Translations under genes and position numbers: made by a program
Shown: piece after piece, positions 47,836 through 61,850 of the stretch
Layout: every line of letters begins with the position of its first letter
How positions within the stretch are numbered: position 1 is the first letter of the stretch
Source: Prorocentrum cordatum
Lineage: Eukaryota
Direction of reading: 5' to 3'
DNA: 64,000 nucleotides
NCBI GenBank assembly: GCA_963575745.1
Contig: CAUYUJ010000192.1
Span: forward strand, 1 to 64,000
Notes under the pieces: generated by a model
Databases searched by the model: none
Told to the model about the DNA's origin: nothing
The model's input: only the letters and a program-made list of their open reading frames with translations

Positions 47836-50800
47836 GTCAGGAGGCAATGCCAATGCACGAGAAATTCCATCGCTTATTCCAGTCCCACAGCTTGGGGCTG
47901 TTAGATGTTGAGACAAAAGGTTGTCCCTCCTCCCCTTGCATGCTGGCCAATCCGCTGCACTGGTGCCTCCGTTCACCGCCGACGCAAAAAGTTGAGACAA
48001 AGGGTTCCGACCCACCTCCCCCGCCTTGCTTGCCGCGGCCGCCGGGCTCCAACAGCCTGCTGGGTGGTCCTCGGGAACATTCCGCCTCGCCCGCACATTT
48101 CCGCGGCCGCCGGGCGCCAGCAGTGGGGGTGGTCCTTTGGGTATCCCGCCTCGCCCGCCGTGTATACCGGCAGCACGAGCAGGCAACCCCACCAGGGGAG
48201 GCGTCACGTGACCGTTTTCTCATTCATTGTTTTGCCGATCGGTGCGGGCCCTCGCACCCCCCCCCATGGAGTAGATTTTGGCTGTTCTGGGCGCCTCAGT
48301 CGAGCAGGTGGATTCTCCTCCATAGGACGCACTGTTGCAAACAGTCGCCTTCAGCAGAGGTCCAGAACCGCCCCCCCCCCTTCCGCCCACCGCCGAGACG
48401 CCGAATAAGAAAACGCTCAACACGCCGTCCAGGCGTCACGACGTCACGTTGTCCACAGGCGTCTAGAACAGACATCAAGGGCGTGCACGAGGAACCGCAC
48501 CTCGTCATTCTACATTCATGGCATCAGAACGTCCGTAAGTTAGTCAAGCTATTGACGCCAACATCATGTAGCAACATAAGATACCTGCGACGCACTCTAG
48601 GAATAGTAAGCAAGAACTCATACCGAACACCGACACTAAGTACATACATCAGGAGCATACAGTTCGGACTTGCGCGAAAGACATGCGTTAGAAGCAAACC
48701 CCAAGATCAAGCATCAATACCGCACACGCAATACATGCAACGCTGGCATACATCGGTAACCGTAACCAGACGCACATACGAACACCACACATCAATAACA
48801 CACGTCCAGATCACCACTCGGACATTTAGCTCATACGCCAGATCAGACGCGAATGGCATGAATCTCCAGTGTTCTTGCAAACCTACAATAATAGAATGCA
48901 GTGGGGACACTCGTCAATAGTATACAGTAAGAGCACTGGCGAACTGCATATATCAATAACTCGCGCCAGCACCGTACACCATTGACATACCTCGGCAATT
49001 CATACCAAGAGCAGTTATCAATATCACGCGCTAGGGACTGCTACACATCAACCCCAGACGCCCTGGACATACATTACACTTTCTGCGCCGAAAGCGTTCA
49101 TCAAGGTCAGGCACCAGGAACAGTCATTAAACACAGACGTCAAGAACAGGCATTCAAACGAGACAGCAAGAGCAGACATCAAGGGCAGACGCCAAGGAAA
49201 TACGCTAAGAACGTATGTGTTGACACACGGGAACTTATTGTCGAAGGAAACCACTTTTCTTGCGGAGAGCCCCGGCATAGAGCGTGGTTTGGAGAGTGCA
49301 ATGACCACAGAGGGTCTTGGCGTTGACACAGGTTTTCCTGGGAGGTCGAGGCGTCGGCAGTCGAAAGCGGAGCGAACATAATCCAGCCACAGCAGAGGCC
49401 TTGGCGGCAAAAGAGGCAGGCAGAGACGTTTTCCCACGTGGCTCGAACAAGAAAAAGTTGCATAAATATACACTCTCGGATCCCTTGGATCGGCTCTGAG
49501 GCCCCCTCAGGAAAAGTGTACGGTAGGTTCGCGTCGTGTCGACCAGCGGCGACCCCGCCACCAGCGTTCAACGTTGAACGCCGCATGCGACCCAGAATCG
49601 GTCGATGTTGAATGATCTGACGTTTCGGAAACAGCCGATCGTTCGAGGTTGAACGATCCCCGCGGTGTCAGGAACCAACGCCGGGGTCGACGCGACACGA
49701 GCCCGCAGTGTGCAGTTCTCTCTGCTCCCCCAGTGGCGTGACCTGGTCTGCGCGCCTGGCGGGGCGAAGGGCAGGCCTCGCCAGCAGGGATTGTGGTTCG
49801 GGGGGTGCTAACCTCATGTATCATACGTGTCACAGACTGAAATTCTAAAACCCCCCCCCGGTGAAGGTAACCAGGCGGTTTTCGGCCCCCCCCTCGCGCG
49901 GACTTCAACAGTTCACAGTAGGAAGCAGAACACAGAATTGTAACATCGGAGACTGGAAACTGGAACTGGAGCAGGGAGCAACAAGCCTGAGCCGCGGAGC
50001 CTGATGGCCACGCAAGGGGGCCGGGTCCAAGACAGGGGACCTTAAGGGCAAATTCTAAATCTCCATGCTGGTGGCAGGGCACCTGGGCCCCTCGAAGACG
50101 CACCAGCAGGGGCCCAAAAACCACTGCGACAGCTCAAGCGGGATCCGAATCGTTTAAGAAACGCTCCAAGACGCTCAAGATGGCCCCAAGACGTGCCAAG
50201 AGACTGCCCAAGACGTACCGAGAGGCCTCCAACAGCACTGCCAAGAGCGCCCAGACACACCCCAATTGCCGGATTCCCTGAAGAAACCTGCATTTTTAGC
50301 ACATACGGCGTTTCTGCCTTCGCGGCGATGAAGACTGCCCATGGAGCCCCCAAGACCGCCCTAAGAAAAGCCAAAATGCCCGCAAGAGCGCCCAAAGACA
50401 GCCCAGGAGAGCCTCGAGACTGCCCATATGTCGCCCAAGAGAGCCCAGTAGAGCCTCAAGGCGGCCCCCAAAAGTGGCTCCAGAGCAGGAGCCCGAATTA
50501 AGAAGTCGAGCTTTCCGCCCCATGATGTTCCGAGGAGCCCCCCGAAGCTCCCCAAGAGGCCTCCAAGAGCTCCCCTGTGATTCCTCAAGAGGCTTCAAAA
50601 CAGCGCCCACGAGACTTCAGAACTGCCTCCAACGCGCCCCCAGGAACTCTTGAGATAAGGATCCAGGGGACAATGATGTGGACGAGGGTTGAGGAAGCAA
50701 CAGTAGGTACTGGAAGGCAAGAAGGAGCAGGACGGGAGACGACGGCCAAAAACAGAGGAGTAAGGTAAGCAGCATGCACCCGCAAGATAGGCGAATATTT

Positions 50801-51370
50801 GGTTAACCGTCGTTCCGCTATGTTTTTTTTCTAGCCCTGATGCGGCTCCTGTCTCAGCGCATCTCTGCTCCCGCCTCACTGTGAGCCCGCATACGGCATG
50901 TGTGCACGGTCATCTAAACAATCGCCCCGCGTGTTCCTCCCCCTTTCCACTCTGTGTTATGGTAGTTCTCCTGTGCCAGAGTCGCGCCCTTTGAGAGCAC
51001 ACTGGCTCCTTGCTCTTACATTCGCCAAGCTAAAAAACAGTTTACCGCGTGAATGCATGTATACGTTGCCTAGTCAGCCAGTGCTGGCATGGGATTGTAT
51101 TGTCGAGGCGCTGAATAAAGAACAGTCCAGGTTCGGAAGGGGGTAGCTGTTCTGTAGGTCCTTCCATGGTGTCCCTCTAGTTATCATTGCTCGGACATGT
51201 GCGCTTTTTCTCGTTTATGCTAGTGCCATGCAATCAGAACCAAGTCGGAGAGCTTGGGCCACCTTCAGAGAGATCAAAACACACGCACGATGCCAGACGA
51301 CGCACCTGGAATATACGCCTGAGCGACGGCAAGCCCATCGCTCTTCGTGCGCCATGTGCATTAGGGGCCT

Positions 51371-52021
51371 GATGACGATGATGATGGTGGTGATGGTGAT
51401 GGTGATGGTGATGATGATGATGATGATGATGATGAAGACTGATGATGCTGATGATGATGCTGCTGATGGTGATGATGATCAGGATGATGATGATCAGGAG
51501 GAAGAGGATGGTGATGATGATGATGATCATGACGATGATGATACTACTGATGCTGATGATGATACTGGTGACGATTATGATGATGATGTTGGTGATGATG
51601 ATTATGGTGATATTGGGTATCCCCATATCGAAAGGATGGGCTTCTTGTTATTACTGTGACCGAGCGGGCCTTCCTCTCACACCTCCTTCCTGTTCCTCCT
51701 CCCCCTGATGACGCTCTCCCTGAGTATTGTCATGACGATGATGCAGATGATGAGTGATGATGGTGACAATGATGATGCTGAAAATGATGAATGCTGCTGT
51801 TGAAGAGAATGATGCTGATGACGACGATGATGATGCTGGTGATCATGGTTAGCATGATTTGATGTTGATGATGATGATGTTGCTGATGATGATGCTGATG
51901 CTGATGCTGATGCTGATGCTGTTGATGCTGAGGATGATGATGAGGAGGAGAAGGATGATAATGCTGATGATGATGATGATAATGATGATGATGATAATGA
52001 TGGTGATGATGATGATGATTG

Positions 52022-52084
<63 letters not shown>

Positions 52085-52170
52085 CGGTGATGGTGATGGT
52101 GATGGTGATGGTGATGGTGATGGTGATGGTGATTGTGATGGTGATGGTGATGGTGACGACGGTGCTGATG
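51371..52170. repeat. (GAT)n microsatellite blocks; others at ~53608-54990 and ~61500-61725
   Basis: Direct reading. Confidence 0.97.
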
Positions 52171-53612
52171 ACCAGAGAGGGCCATATTGCATCGATGTCT
52201 CGACCGGTTTGAGCAGATCCTGAGGATGCTTCAGGCGGTGTGTTGCGTTTCGCATTCCTCAGGGGGGGGGGCGCCAGGAGTATTGCACGGCCTCCGTTCG
52301 GGCCCAGATTGCGGGGATGTCTCAGGCGGTGTGCTTGTTTCGGTGCCCCAACATCCTTCGCTTTCGGAGCAGATTCTGAGGTTGTCTCAGGCGGTTTGCT
52401 GCTTCTCGCACTCCTAATGGGATGCCGCCAGGGGTATTTCGGGCCCCCGGGGGCCGAAATATTTCCATATCAACCGCCCGCTGGGGCATCAGGACGTCGG
52501 TTCCCAGGCGGTGGATATGGATAAATCCCCGCCTCGCATTGCACGGCTTCCGTTCGCGCCCAGATTGTGGGGCTCTCTCAGGCGGTTTGTTTGTTTCGGT
52601 GCCCCAACATCCTTCGTTTTCGGAGCAGATGTGGAGGTGCCTCGAGCGAACTTGGAGGTGCCCCCAAGGAGGGGCGGCATATGTTGAGGATGTCTCGAGC
52701 GGTGTGCCTATTTTGCTGGCCAAACTCGTGTGCACGGATCCCCTTCAGGATGCCACATGAGACTCCAGCAGGTTCCAGGAGGCCACAGGAGGTACCAGAA
52801 AGTATCAGGAGGTATCAGGATGCTACAGGAGGCCCCAGGAGGCTCCAGGAGGCACCGGGGAGGCCACACGAGGCCACACGATGCCCCAGGAGGCCTCAGG
52901 CGGCCACAGGGAGCCCCAAGAGGCCCCAGGAGTCCCCACGAGGCTCCAGGAGGCCCCAGGAAGCCCCAGGAGGTTTCAGGAGGCCCGCGCACAGACGCAT
53001 TCGTACTACTGAGACTCATTCACGCTCCAACTCATTCACAGTTCGATTCACTCCCAGACCGTCGATACCCAAGCCCGCTTATATTCGAAAACTCTTGCGT
53101 CTAGACGCGCACGGCGGACAGGCCCATGCTAATAGATGCACATAAAGGGAGCTCCACGCAGTGGAAAACTGTTATTCCCCAGCCCATATCCAAAGCATGA
53201 GCTGCTTGTTATTACTCCGACCGCGCTGGCTCATCTTCAGTATTCCTCCTCCTCCCCCCATGTTAGTGTATGTCATGGTATGACATGCTATGTTATGGTA
53301 TACAATGTTTTCCCATGATATGGTAGGTTATGGTCGGAGGTGAGGGGGTGAGATCGAAGTGGAATGGAGAGCCCCCCTACCGGGAAATCGATTGCGGTTT
53401 CGTGTTCGTGCGTGCCGTGCGTGCGGGCGAGGCGAAGCTGCGTGGGCGGGCGAGAGAAAGTCTCCTGTGGCTGAGGCGCGGCCAGACCAAGTGTTTGGCG
53501 ACCCGGCGTCCGGGGCCGGGTGGTGTCCCGCCGGTGTCTCGCCGGTGTCCCGGTGTCCCCAGCGAACGGTGCCGCGCGGTGTCCCGCTGGTTTTTCGCCG
53601 GTGCCCCGATGG

Positions 53613-53647
<35 letters not shown>

Positions 53648-54501
53648 GTGATGGTGATGGTGATGGTGATGGTGATGGTGATGGTGATGGTGATGATAAG
53701 GATGATGAGGATGATGATGATGGTGGTGGTGATGATGAGGATGATGAGGATGATGATGAGGATGATGATGATGATGGTGCTGGTGATTAAAATGATGAGG
53801 ATGATGATGAGGATTATGATGAGGATGATGATGATGGTGGTGGTGATGATGATGTTGATGATGACGATGACGCTGATGATGACGACGATGATGATGATGA
53901 TGAGGATTTTGATGAGGATGTTGATGATGATGATTGTGATGATGGTGATGATGGTGATGATGATGATGATGATCATGGTGATCATGTTGATGAGGATGAT
54001 GATGATTTTGATGATGATGATGATGGTGATGACGTCGATTGTGAGATCGATTGTGACATCGATAGTGAGATCGATAGTGAGAGATGATGATGGTGAGGCT
54101 TGGGATGAGGATGAGGATGATGATGAAGATGATGCTGAGGATCATGATGATGGTGGTGGTGATGATGATGATCATGATGATGATGATGATGATGATGATG
54201 ATAATGATGATGATGATGACGATGATGATGATGATGATGATGACGATGATGATGATGAGGATGATGATGAGGATGATGATGATGATGAGGATGACGATGA
54301 TGATGATGAAGATGATCATGAGGATGATGATGATGCGGATGACGATGATGATCATGGGGATGATCATGAGGATGTTGATGATTGTGGTGATGAGGATGAT
54401 GATGATGATGATGACGGTGATGATGATGGTGATGATGGTAATGATGGTGATGGTGGTGATGATCGTGATGATGGTGATCATGGTGATCATGGTGATCATG
54501 G

Positions 54502-54532
<31 letters not shown>

Positions 54533-54989
54533 GATGGTGATGATGGAGATGATGATGAGGATTATGATGATGATGTTGATGGTGATGATGATGGTGATGA
54601 TGATGACGTCGATTGTGAGATCGATTGTGATATCGATGTGAGATCGACAGTGAGAGACGATAATGATGATGAGGATGAGGAGGATTATGATGAGGATGAT
54701 GCTGATGGTGGTGGTGATGATGATGTTGAGGATGATGATGATGATGACGATGCTGATGATGATGATGATGACGATGATGATGAGGACGATGATGAGGATG
54801 AGGATGACGGTGGTGGTGATGATGATGATGGTGATGATGGTGATGATGGTGATGGTGATGATGGTGAGGATGGTGATGATGGTGAAGATGGTGATGATGG
54901 CGATGATGGTGATGATGGCGATGATGGTGATGATGATGGTGATGATGGTGATGATGATGGTGATCATGATGGTGATGATGATTATGATG

Positions 54990-55330
54990 ACGTCGATTGT
55001 GAGATCGATTGTGAGATCGATAGTAGATCGAGAGTGAGACCGAATGTGCGATCTGTTGTGAGATCGATAGTCAAATCGATTGTGAGATCGATAGTCAGAG
55101 CGATTGTGAGATCGATCGAATGAGACCGATAGTGATATCGATAGTGAGGTCGATAGTGAGACTGAATGTGAGATCGATTGTGATATCGATAGTGAGATCG
55201 ATAGTGAGACCGAATGTGAGATCGATTCTGAGATCGATAGTGAGATTCATTGTGAGATCGATAGTCAGATCGATTGTGAGATCGATCGAATGAGATCGAT
55301 AATGAGATCGATAGTGAGGTCGGTCGATTG
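54990..55330. repeat. 12-bp minisatellite (GTGAGATCGATW)n
   Basis: Direct reading; shorter copies at ~54031-54085 and ~54606-54655. Confidence 0.92.
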
Positions 55331-56984
55331 CGACGTTGGTTCCTCCCCCCCTCACCTCCTTCTCACCCGAAGGGTGGTCGTATAAGTATGTTATGTTTGT
55401 TATGTCATGATATGATATGATACATCATGGTTTAATGTGGTATGTTGTGGCATGACATGACATGCTATGTTATGTTACTGTATGCTTTTGAATCGATGCT
55501 GATGGTGATGATGCTGCTGCTGATCATGGTGCTGGTGGCGGTGGTGATGATAGCGGAGCAATTTCTGAGGATATCTCGAGCGAGGCACGGGTTTCAGCAC
55601 CCCCAAGGGGGGGCCGCCAAGGGGTATTGCTTTCATCCGTTCGCGCCAAAATTGCGGTCATTTCTCGAGCGGTTGGCTTGTTTTGGTGTTCAGCATCCTC
55701 TGCTTTCGGAGCAGGTTTGGAAGATGTCTCGAGCAAGGCGCTCATGTTCGCCCCCAAGGGGGGCCAGATCTTGAGGATACTTCGAGCGGTTTGCTTATTT
55801 TGCTGGTCAGACTCGGGGGCACGGATCCCCTTCAGGATGCCACAGGAGTCTGCAGCAGGTTCCAGGAGGCCACAAGAGGTCACAGGAGGTGACAGGATGC
55901 AACCGGAGGTCACAGAAGGCTCCAGAAGGCTTCAGGAGGCCTCAGGAGGCCTTTGGAGGATGCCTCGAGCAAGGCGCTCACGTTCGCCTCAAAGGGGGGG
56001 GGGCAGATATTGAGGATGGCTCGAGTGGTTTGCCTTTTGTAATGGCCTCGGGCCAGTGCCCGCCGATCCGGGGGGCTCCGGATTCGGTGATTTTGGAGTC
56101 GTCGGGGGCGCTGTTTGGGAGGGAGGGCGCTTTTGGAGTCGTCGGGGACGCTTTTTGGAGCTGACGTTCCTTCTGGGGGAGTGCCTGGAGCGGTCCCCGG
56201 GGGGGGGGGTCCAGGGAGGGTTCCGAGGGGAGCGTCCTAGGGGCGGTAGCGGCTAGATCTGAGGGAAACCTTGGGACCCCCCGAGACATCCTGGGGATGC
56301 GCAAATCATTAAGAAAACGCCAGATGGGGTACGCCCCCCCTCCTTCCCCCCTTACCCCGGGGGAGGTCTGGGAAGGGTTCCCAAGGGAGAGTCGAAACAT
56401 CTTGGGGATGCGCAAATCATTAAGAAAACGCCAGATGGGGGACCGCCCCCCCCCCCTCCTCCCTTCCCCGGCAGAGCCACCCCGGCGACACCCCCCAAGC
56501 AGAGCTGAAGCTCTTGCTTAGGCTCAGAGCTGAAGCGCTTGCTGAGGCTCATTGTAGTTCACACGCCAGATCAGCGGATTTTGCTGGCCAGACTGGTGGG
56601 CACGGATCCTCTGCATGATGCCACCGGAGATTCCAGCAGGCTCCAGGAGGCAACAGGAGGTACCAGGAGATACAGGAGGCCACAGGAGGCCCCAGGAGGC
56701 TCCAGGAGGCCCCAGGAGGTCCTAAGAGGGTCCAGGAGGCCCCAAGAGGCCCCAGGAGCAGGAGGCATCAGACGGCCACAGGACGTGGCTCGAATCCAGT
56801 GTGTTTACGTATGCTTCTATAGCGTGGGCCGCACTTGGAGCACGGATCTTCGGTATGTTACGTATGTTTATCTAGATTTGTCCTTCTCCTGTTCATCCAT
56901 CCCGAAATGGTTTACGTATGGTCCTATAGATTCGGCCTCACATGCGTGCACGAGTTTTTGATGTTTTACGTGTGTTCATATACG

Positions 56985-57926
56985 CGTAGCACCCCGCAAT
57001 TGCGGATAGGAGTGAGGGGGCGGGCGCGGGGTGGGTCGCGGGTGGGTCGCGGGTGGGTCGTGGGGTGGGTCGCGGGTGGGTCGCGGGTGGGTCGCGGGCT
57101 GGGTTGTGGGTGGGTCGCGCGGGTGGGTCGCGCGGGTGGGTCGCGGAGTGGGTCGCGGGTGGGTCGCGGGGTGGGTCGCGGGTGGGTCGAGGGTGGGTGG
57201 TTGGCGGGTCGCGGAGCGGGGGGGGACGACGCAACAAAAACAACAACAAAACAACAAGAATCTTCGCCGTGGATTCTTACTTCAGCCATGCACCCAGGAA
57301 CAGTGAATGACCGTTCGGGCCCCCTCACTCTGATAGATCAAATGGCTGTGTTGTTGCATGTCCACCAATCCACCCCTAATCCCCCCTCCTTGTTGCACCT
57401 CCCCTACAAATGCCCAACAATGTCCCCATGCACGTTGAAGCGCGATAGAATGCCAAGTGTTGCCTTGTAGGGTTTCTGCCATCTTCGAAAAGCCCACCCC
57501 CCTCCCAGTCAATTACTCCCTCCTCTCTCGAGGCTTCTTGGGCGGCCTTGCAATCGAGAGGACACAAGTACGGACAACCCGTAACGTAGCACCCCGCCAT
57601 TGCGGATAAGAGTGAGGGGGCGGGCGCGGGGTGGGTCGCGGGTGGGTCGCGGGTGAGTCGTGGCGTGGGTCGCGGATGGGTCGCGGGTGTGTCGCGGGGT
57701 GGGTCGCGCGGGTGGGTCGCGCGGGTGGGTCGCGGGGTGGGTCGCGGGTGGGTCGCGGGGTGGGTCGCGGGTGGGTCGCGAGTGGGTCGCGGGCGGGTTG
57801 CGGAGCGGGGGGGGGCGACGACGCAACAAAACAACAACAAAACAACAAGAATCTTCGCCGTGGATTCTTACTTCAGCCACGCACCCAGGGACAGTGAATG
57901 ACCGTTCGGGCCTCCTCACTTTGACA
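56985..57926. repeat. Two ~340-bp direct repeats 600 bp apart, each with (GGGTGGGTCGC)n inside short TIRs
   Basis: Copies start at 56985 and 57585. GAGTGAGGGGGC (57010-57021) pairs perfectly with GCCCCCTCACTC (57319-57330). Confidence 0.88.
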
Positions 57927-58887
57927 CTGCCCTTCTCATGCGGCTCCACTCCAGTGTTTTATGCGCGTCTGTTCCTATAGATCTGGCCTCCCCTGGGGCA
58001 CGAGTCCTCCCCAGGAGGTTCCAGGATGCCCCAGAAGGCTCCAGGAGACTATTCGAGGCCCCAGGAGGCCTCAGGAGGCCACAGGCAGCCCCAAGAGGCC
58101 CCAAGGGGCTCCAGGAGGCCCCAGGAACCCCCTGGAGGTTTCACGAGGCCCCGGGAGGCCCCAGGCTCATGCGCACAGACGCGCTCGCAGTACTGAGACT
58201 CATTCATACTCCAACTCATCCGGAGTTAGAGTCACTCCCAGACCGTCACTAACCAAGCCCGTTTATAGTCGAAAACTCTTGCGTCTAGGCGCGTTCGGCG
58301 AACATATCCATGTTGATAGATGCACAGATGCGTAGCTCCACGCAGTGAATCATTACTTAGACGCCGCCTACTCCCTCTTTTCCTCCCCTTCTCCTCCATG
58401 TTGTGGTGTGGTATGGCATGTTATTTTATCCCAGGATATGGTTGGTTATGCTATGCTATGGCATGGTATGGTAAGGGATGGCTGGTTCTGCTATGTTATG
58501 GTATGTATTGTTATGGTATGCTGTGTTACGCTATTTTGTGTTATGCCTTATGATATTGATAATGAGAATGATAATGCTGCTGATGATGCTGATGATGATG
58601 CTGATGCTGGCGGTGGTGGTGGTGGTGTGGTGATGCTGATGATCATGCTGGCGGAGCAAATTCTGGAGATGTTTCGAGCGATGCGCGGGTTTGAGCACCC
58701 CCAAGAAGAAGCCGCCAGGGGGTATTGCATTCCTCCGTTCGCGCCAAAATGGCGGGGATGTCTCAAGCGGTTTGCTTGTTTTGCGGCCCAACGCTTTCCG
58801 CTGTCGGAGCAGATTAGAGGGTCTCCCGAGCGAGGCGCTCATGTTCGCCCCCGAGTGGGGCCAGAATTTAAAAAGCAAGCGCGTTCT

Positions 58888-60425
58888 GTCGCTTGCAGGG
58901 GGGTGGGGGGGAACCGGACCCCCCCCCCTCCCCCCTTCCTCCCCTGTTTCTCTCTCCCTCTCCTCGGGCTGGCGCCTGCGTCGGCGGCGGCTGGCGGCGG
59001 CGGCGAGGACGACGATTTCCTTGCCGGCGCAGGCGCCTGCGGCGGCGGGCGGCGGCGGTGGGGAGCGTCGACGAGGACGACGGTGGTGCTGGTGGGTCGT
59101 GGTGGTGGTGGTGGCGGTGGTGGTGGTTGTGGGTGTGGTGGTGCGGTGGTTTGTTGTGGTGGTGGTGGTGGCTGTGGTGGTCGGTGGTGGTGGCGGTGGT
59201 GGTGGTGGTGGTGGTTTAGTGGTGGTGTGGTGGTGGTTGGTTGTGGTGGTGATCGTGGTGGAAGGTTGCGGTGGTGGTGGTGGTGGTGGTGGTGGTTTGG
59301 TGGTGGTGTGGTGGTGGTTTGTTATGGTGGTGGTGGTGGTAGGTTGTGGTGGCGGTGGTTTGTGTGGTGGCGGTGGTGGTGGAGGTGGTGGTGGTGTGGT
59401 TGTTTGTGGTGGTGGTGGTGGGCTGTGCCGCTGGTGGTGGTGGTGGTTGTGGTGGTGGTGGTGTGGTAGATTGTGGTGATGGTAGTTGTAGTAATTGTGG
59501 TTTTTGTGGTGGTGGTGATGATGAGTTGTGGTGGTGGTGGTTGTGGTGGTGGTGGTGGTGGCTGTGGTGGTGGTGGTGGTTGTGGTGATGGTGGGTTTGT
59601 GGTGGTGGTGGTGGGTTGAGGCGGTGGTGGTGGTGGTCGTGGTGGTGGTGGTGGTGGTAGTGGTGGTAATCGTCGCTTGCAGGGGGGGGGGGGGAACCGG
59701 ACCCCCCCCCTCCCCCCTTCCTCCTGTTTCTCTCTCCCTCTCCTCTGGCTGGCGCCTGCGTCGGCGGCGGCTGGCGGCGGCGGCGAGGACGACGATTTCC
59801 TTGCCGGCGCAGGCGCCTGCGGCGGCGGGCGGCGGCGGTGGGGAGCGTCGACGAGGACGACGGTGGTGCTGGTGGGTCGTGGTGGTGGTGGTGGCGGTGG
59901 TGGTGGTTGTGGGTGTGGTGGTGCGGTGGTTTGTTGTGGTGGTGGTGGTGGCTGTGGTGGTCGGTGGTGGTGGCGGTGGTGGTGGTGGTGGTGGTTTAGT
60001 GGTGGTGTGGTGGTGGTTGGTTGTGGTGGTGATCGTGGTGGAAGGTTGCGGTGGTGGTGGTGGTGGTGGTGGTGGTTTGGTGGTGGTGTGGTGGTGGTTT
60101 GTTATGGTGGTGGTGGTGGTAGGTTGTGGTGGCGGTGGTTTGTGTGGTGGCGGTGGTGGTGGAGGTGGTGGTGGTGTGGTTGTTTGTGGTGGTGGTGGTG
60201 GGCTGTGCCGCTGGTGGTGGTGGTGGTTGTGGTGGTGGTGTGGTAGATTGTGGTGATGGTAGTGGTAGTAATTGTGGGTTTTTGTGTGGTGGTGGTGATG
60301 ATGAGGTGGTGTGGTGGTGGTGGTGGTTGTGTGGTGGGTTGGTGGTGGTGGTGGTGGGTTGAGGCGGCGGTGGTGGTGGTCGTGGTGGTGGTGGTGGTGG
60401 TGGTGGTGGTAGTGGTGGTAATCGT
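58888..60425. repeat. Recent ~780-bp tandem duplication containing (GGT)n
   Basis: Sequence from 58981 and from 59761 is essentially identical for several hundred bases. Confidence 0.95.
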
Positions 60426-61524
60426 CGCTGCGTCCCCGCCGTCGCCGGCGCCAGCGCCCGCGCCGCTGGCCGCCGCCAGCGCCAGCGCCGGCGCCAGGGG
60501 GGGGTTTAAAACCCCCCCCTCTTTTGGGCTGCCTCTGGTCATCGTCGCTGCGTCCCCGCCGTCGGCGCTGCTGGCGGCCGTCAGCGCCGGCTCTGGTGTC
60601 GGCGCCAGGGGGGGGGGGTTGAACCACCTCCCCCCTTGGGAAGGGGGGCGGGGGATGTTTCGGGATGGGGGGGTTTGGGGGAAGGGGAGTCACCCTGATT
60701 TTGATCGACGGCGCCGAGTGTTGGGGGGGGTGCGCACCCCCCGGGTCAAAACGCGCCGCCGATTTTCTCAAGGCAAGTGCCCGTGAAACGCGCTCTCTCG
60801 AATTTGAGCATGTTTCAATCGGTTTAATTGTTTTGGTGGCCAGGCTCGTCAACAGGGAGTTCCCAGGAGGCAGCAGGAGGCCATCCAGAGGCCGAGTCTC
60901 CAGGAACCCCCAGGAAGTTCCACAGGAGGCTCCAGGATGTTCCAGGAGGCCGTAGGAGGCCACAGGATGGCCACAGGAGGCCCCAGGAGGCGTCAGTAGG
61001 CACCAGAAGGCGGAGGAAGGCACCAGGAGGCCCCAAGAGGCCTCAGAAGGCCACAGGAGCGGTTCCAATCCCATGTGATGCACGTATGCGCATCTAGATT
61101 GTGCCTCCCCTGGAGCACGAATCCTTGGTGTGTGATGTATGTTTTTTTTTTATGTATTGTTTTTCTATTGCGACTCCATCTTAAGTGTTTTACATGTTCT
61201 CCTATAGAGTAGGCCCCTGGGGCACGAGTCCTTGGTGATTTACGCGTGCTCCTAGGTATTGCCTTTCTCCTGTGGCTCCACTCCAAAATGTTTTTATGTG
61301 TGTATGTTCCTATATATTGGGTCTCTCATGGGCTCTTTCGCGCTCCAACTCAATCACAGCTAGACTCCCTCCTAGTCGATCAATATTCAAACCCGTTTGT
61401 ATTTGAGGTCTCTTGCGCTTGGGCGTTCGCAGCGGAGAAAAGGTCCATGCAAGTAGATGCAGACGTGGGAAGCCCCACGCCGTGAATCACTATTACTCTG
61501 ATGCCGATGATGCGAATGATGCGA

Positions 61525-61587
<63 letters not shown>

Positions 61588-61660
61588 GTGGTGACGATGA
61601 TGATGACGATGGTGGTGGTGTTGATGATGATGATGACGATGAGGATGATGATGATGATGC

Positions 61661-61726
<66 letters not shown>

Positions 61727-61850
61727 CTGCGTCGCTCCATCCCCTGTTCCGACAGTTTGACTGTCGTTGCCGTCTGGCCGGAGCTCGGGCGGCTCTCGAA
61801 GGGATTTTCCCGCCCCGGGCGGCGAGCGACCGCCGCCCCCTCCCGCGGGG

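Larger units (their letters stand above)
52200..61500. repeat. Diverged composite macro-repeat with ordered modules, ~4 partial copies
   Basis: Modules recur in order near 52.2-53.3, 55.4-56.0, 56.6-56.8, 58.0-58.9 and 60.8-61.5 kb: GAGCAGAT..CTGAGGAT block, CACGGATCCCCTTCAGGATGCCAC, (CCAGGAGGCC)n, CAGACGC..CTCCAACTCA..TAGATGCA, TATGTTATG, (GAT)n. Confidence 0.75.

Noticed and set aside
48400..49320. A/C-rich lower-GC block with ORFs 47847..48920 and 48982..49326
   Set aside because: No motifs or codon bias; looks like decayed low-complexity sequence.
53288..55123. Poly-Asp/Met/His/Ile ORFs and the 850-aa ORF at 58531-61083
   Set aside because: Translations of (GAT)n and (GGT)n tracts and a tandem duplication.
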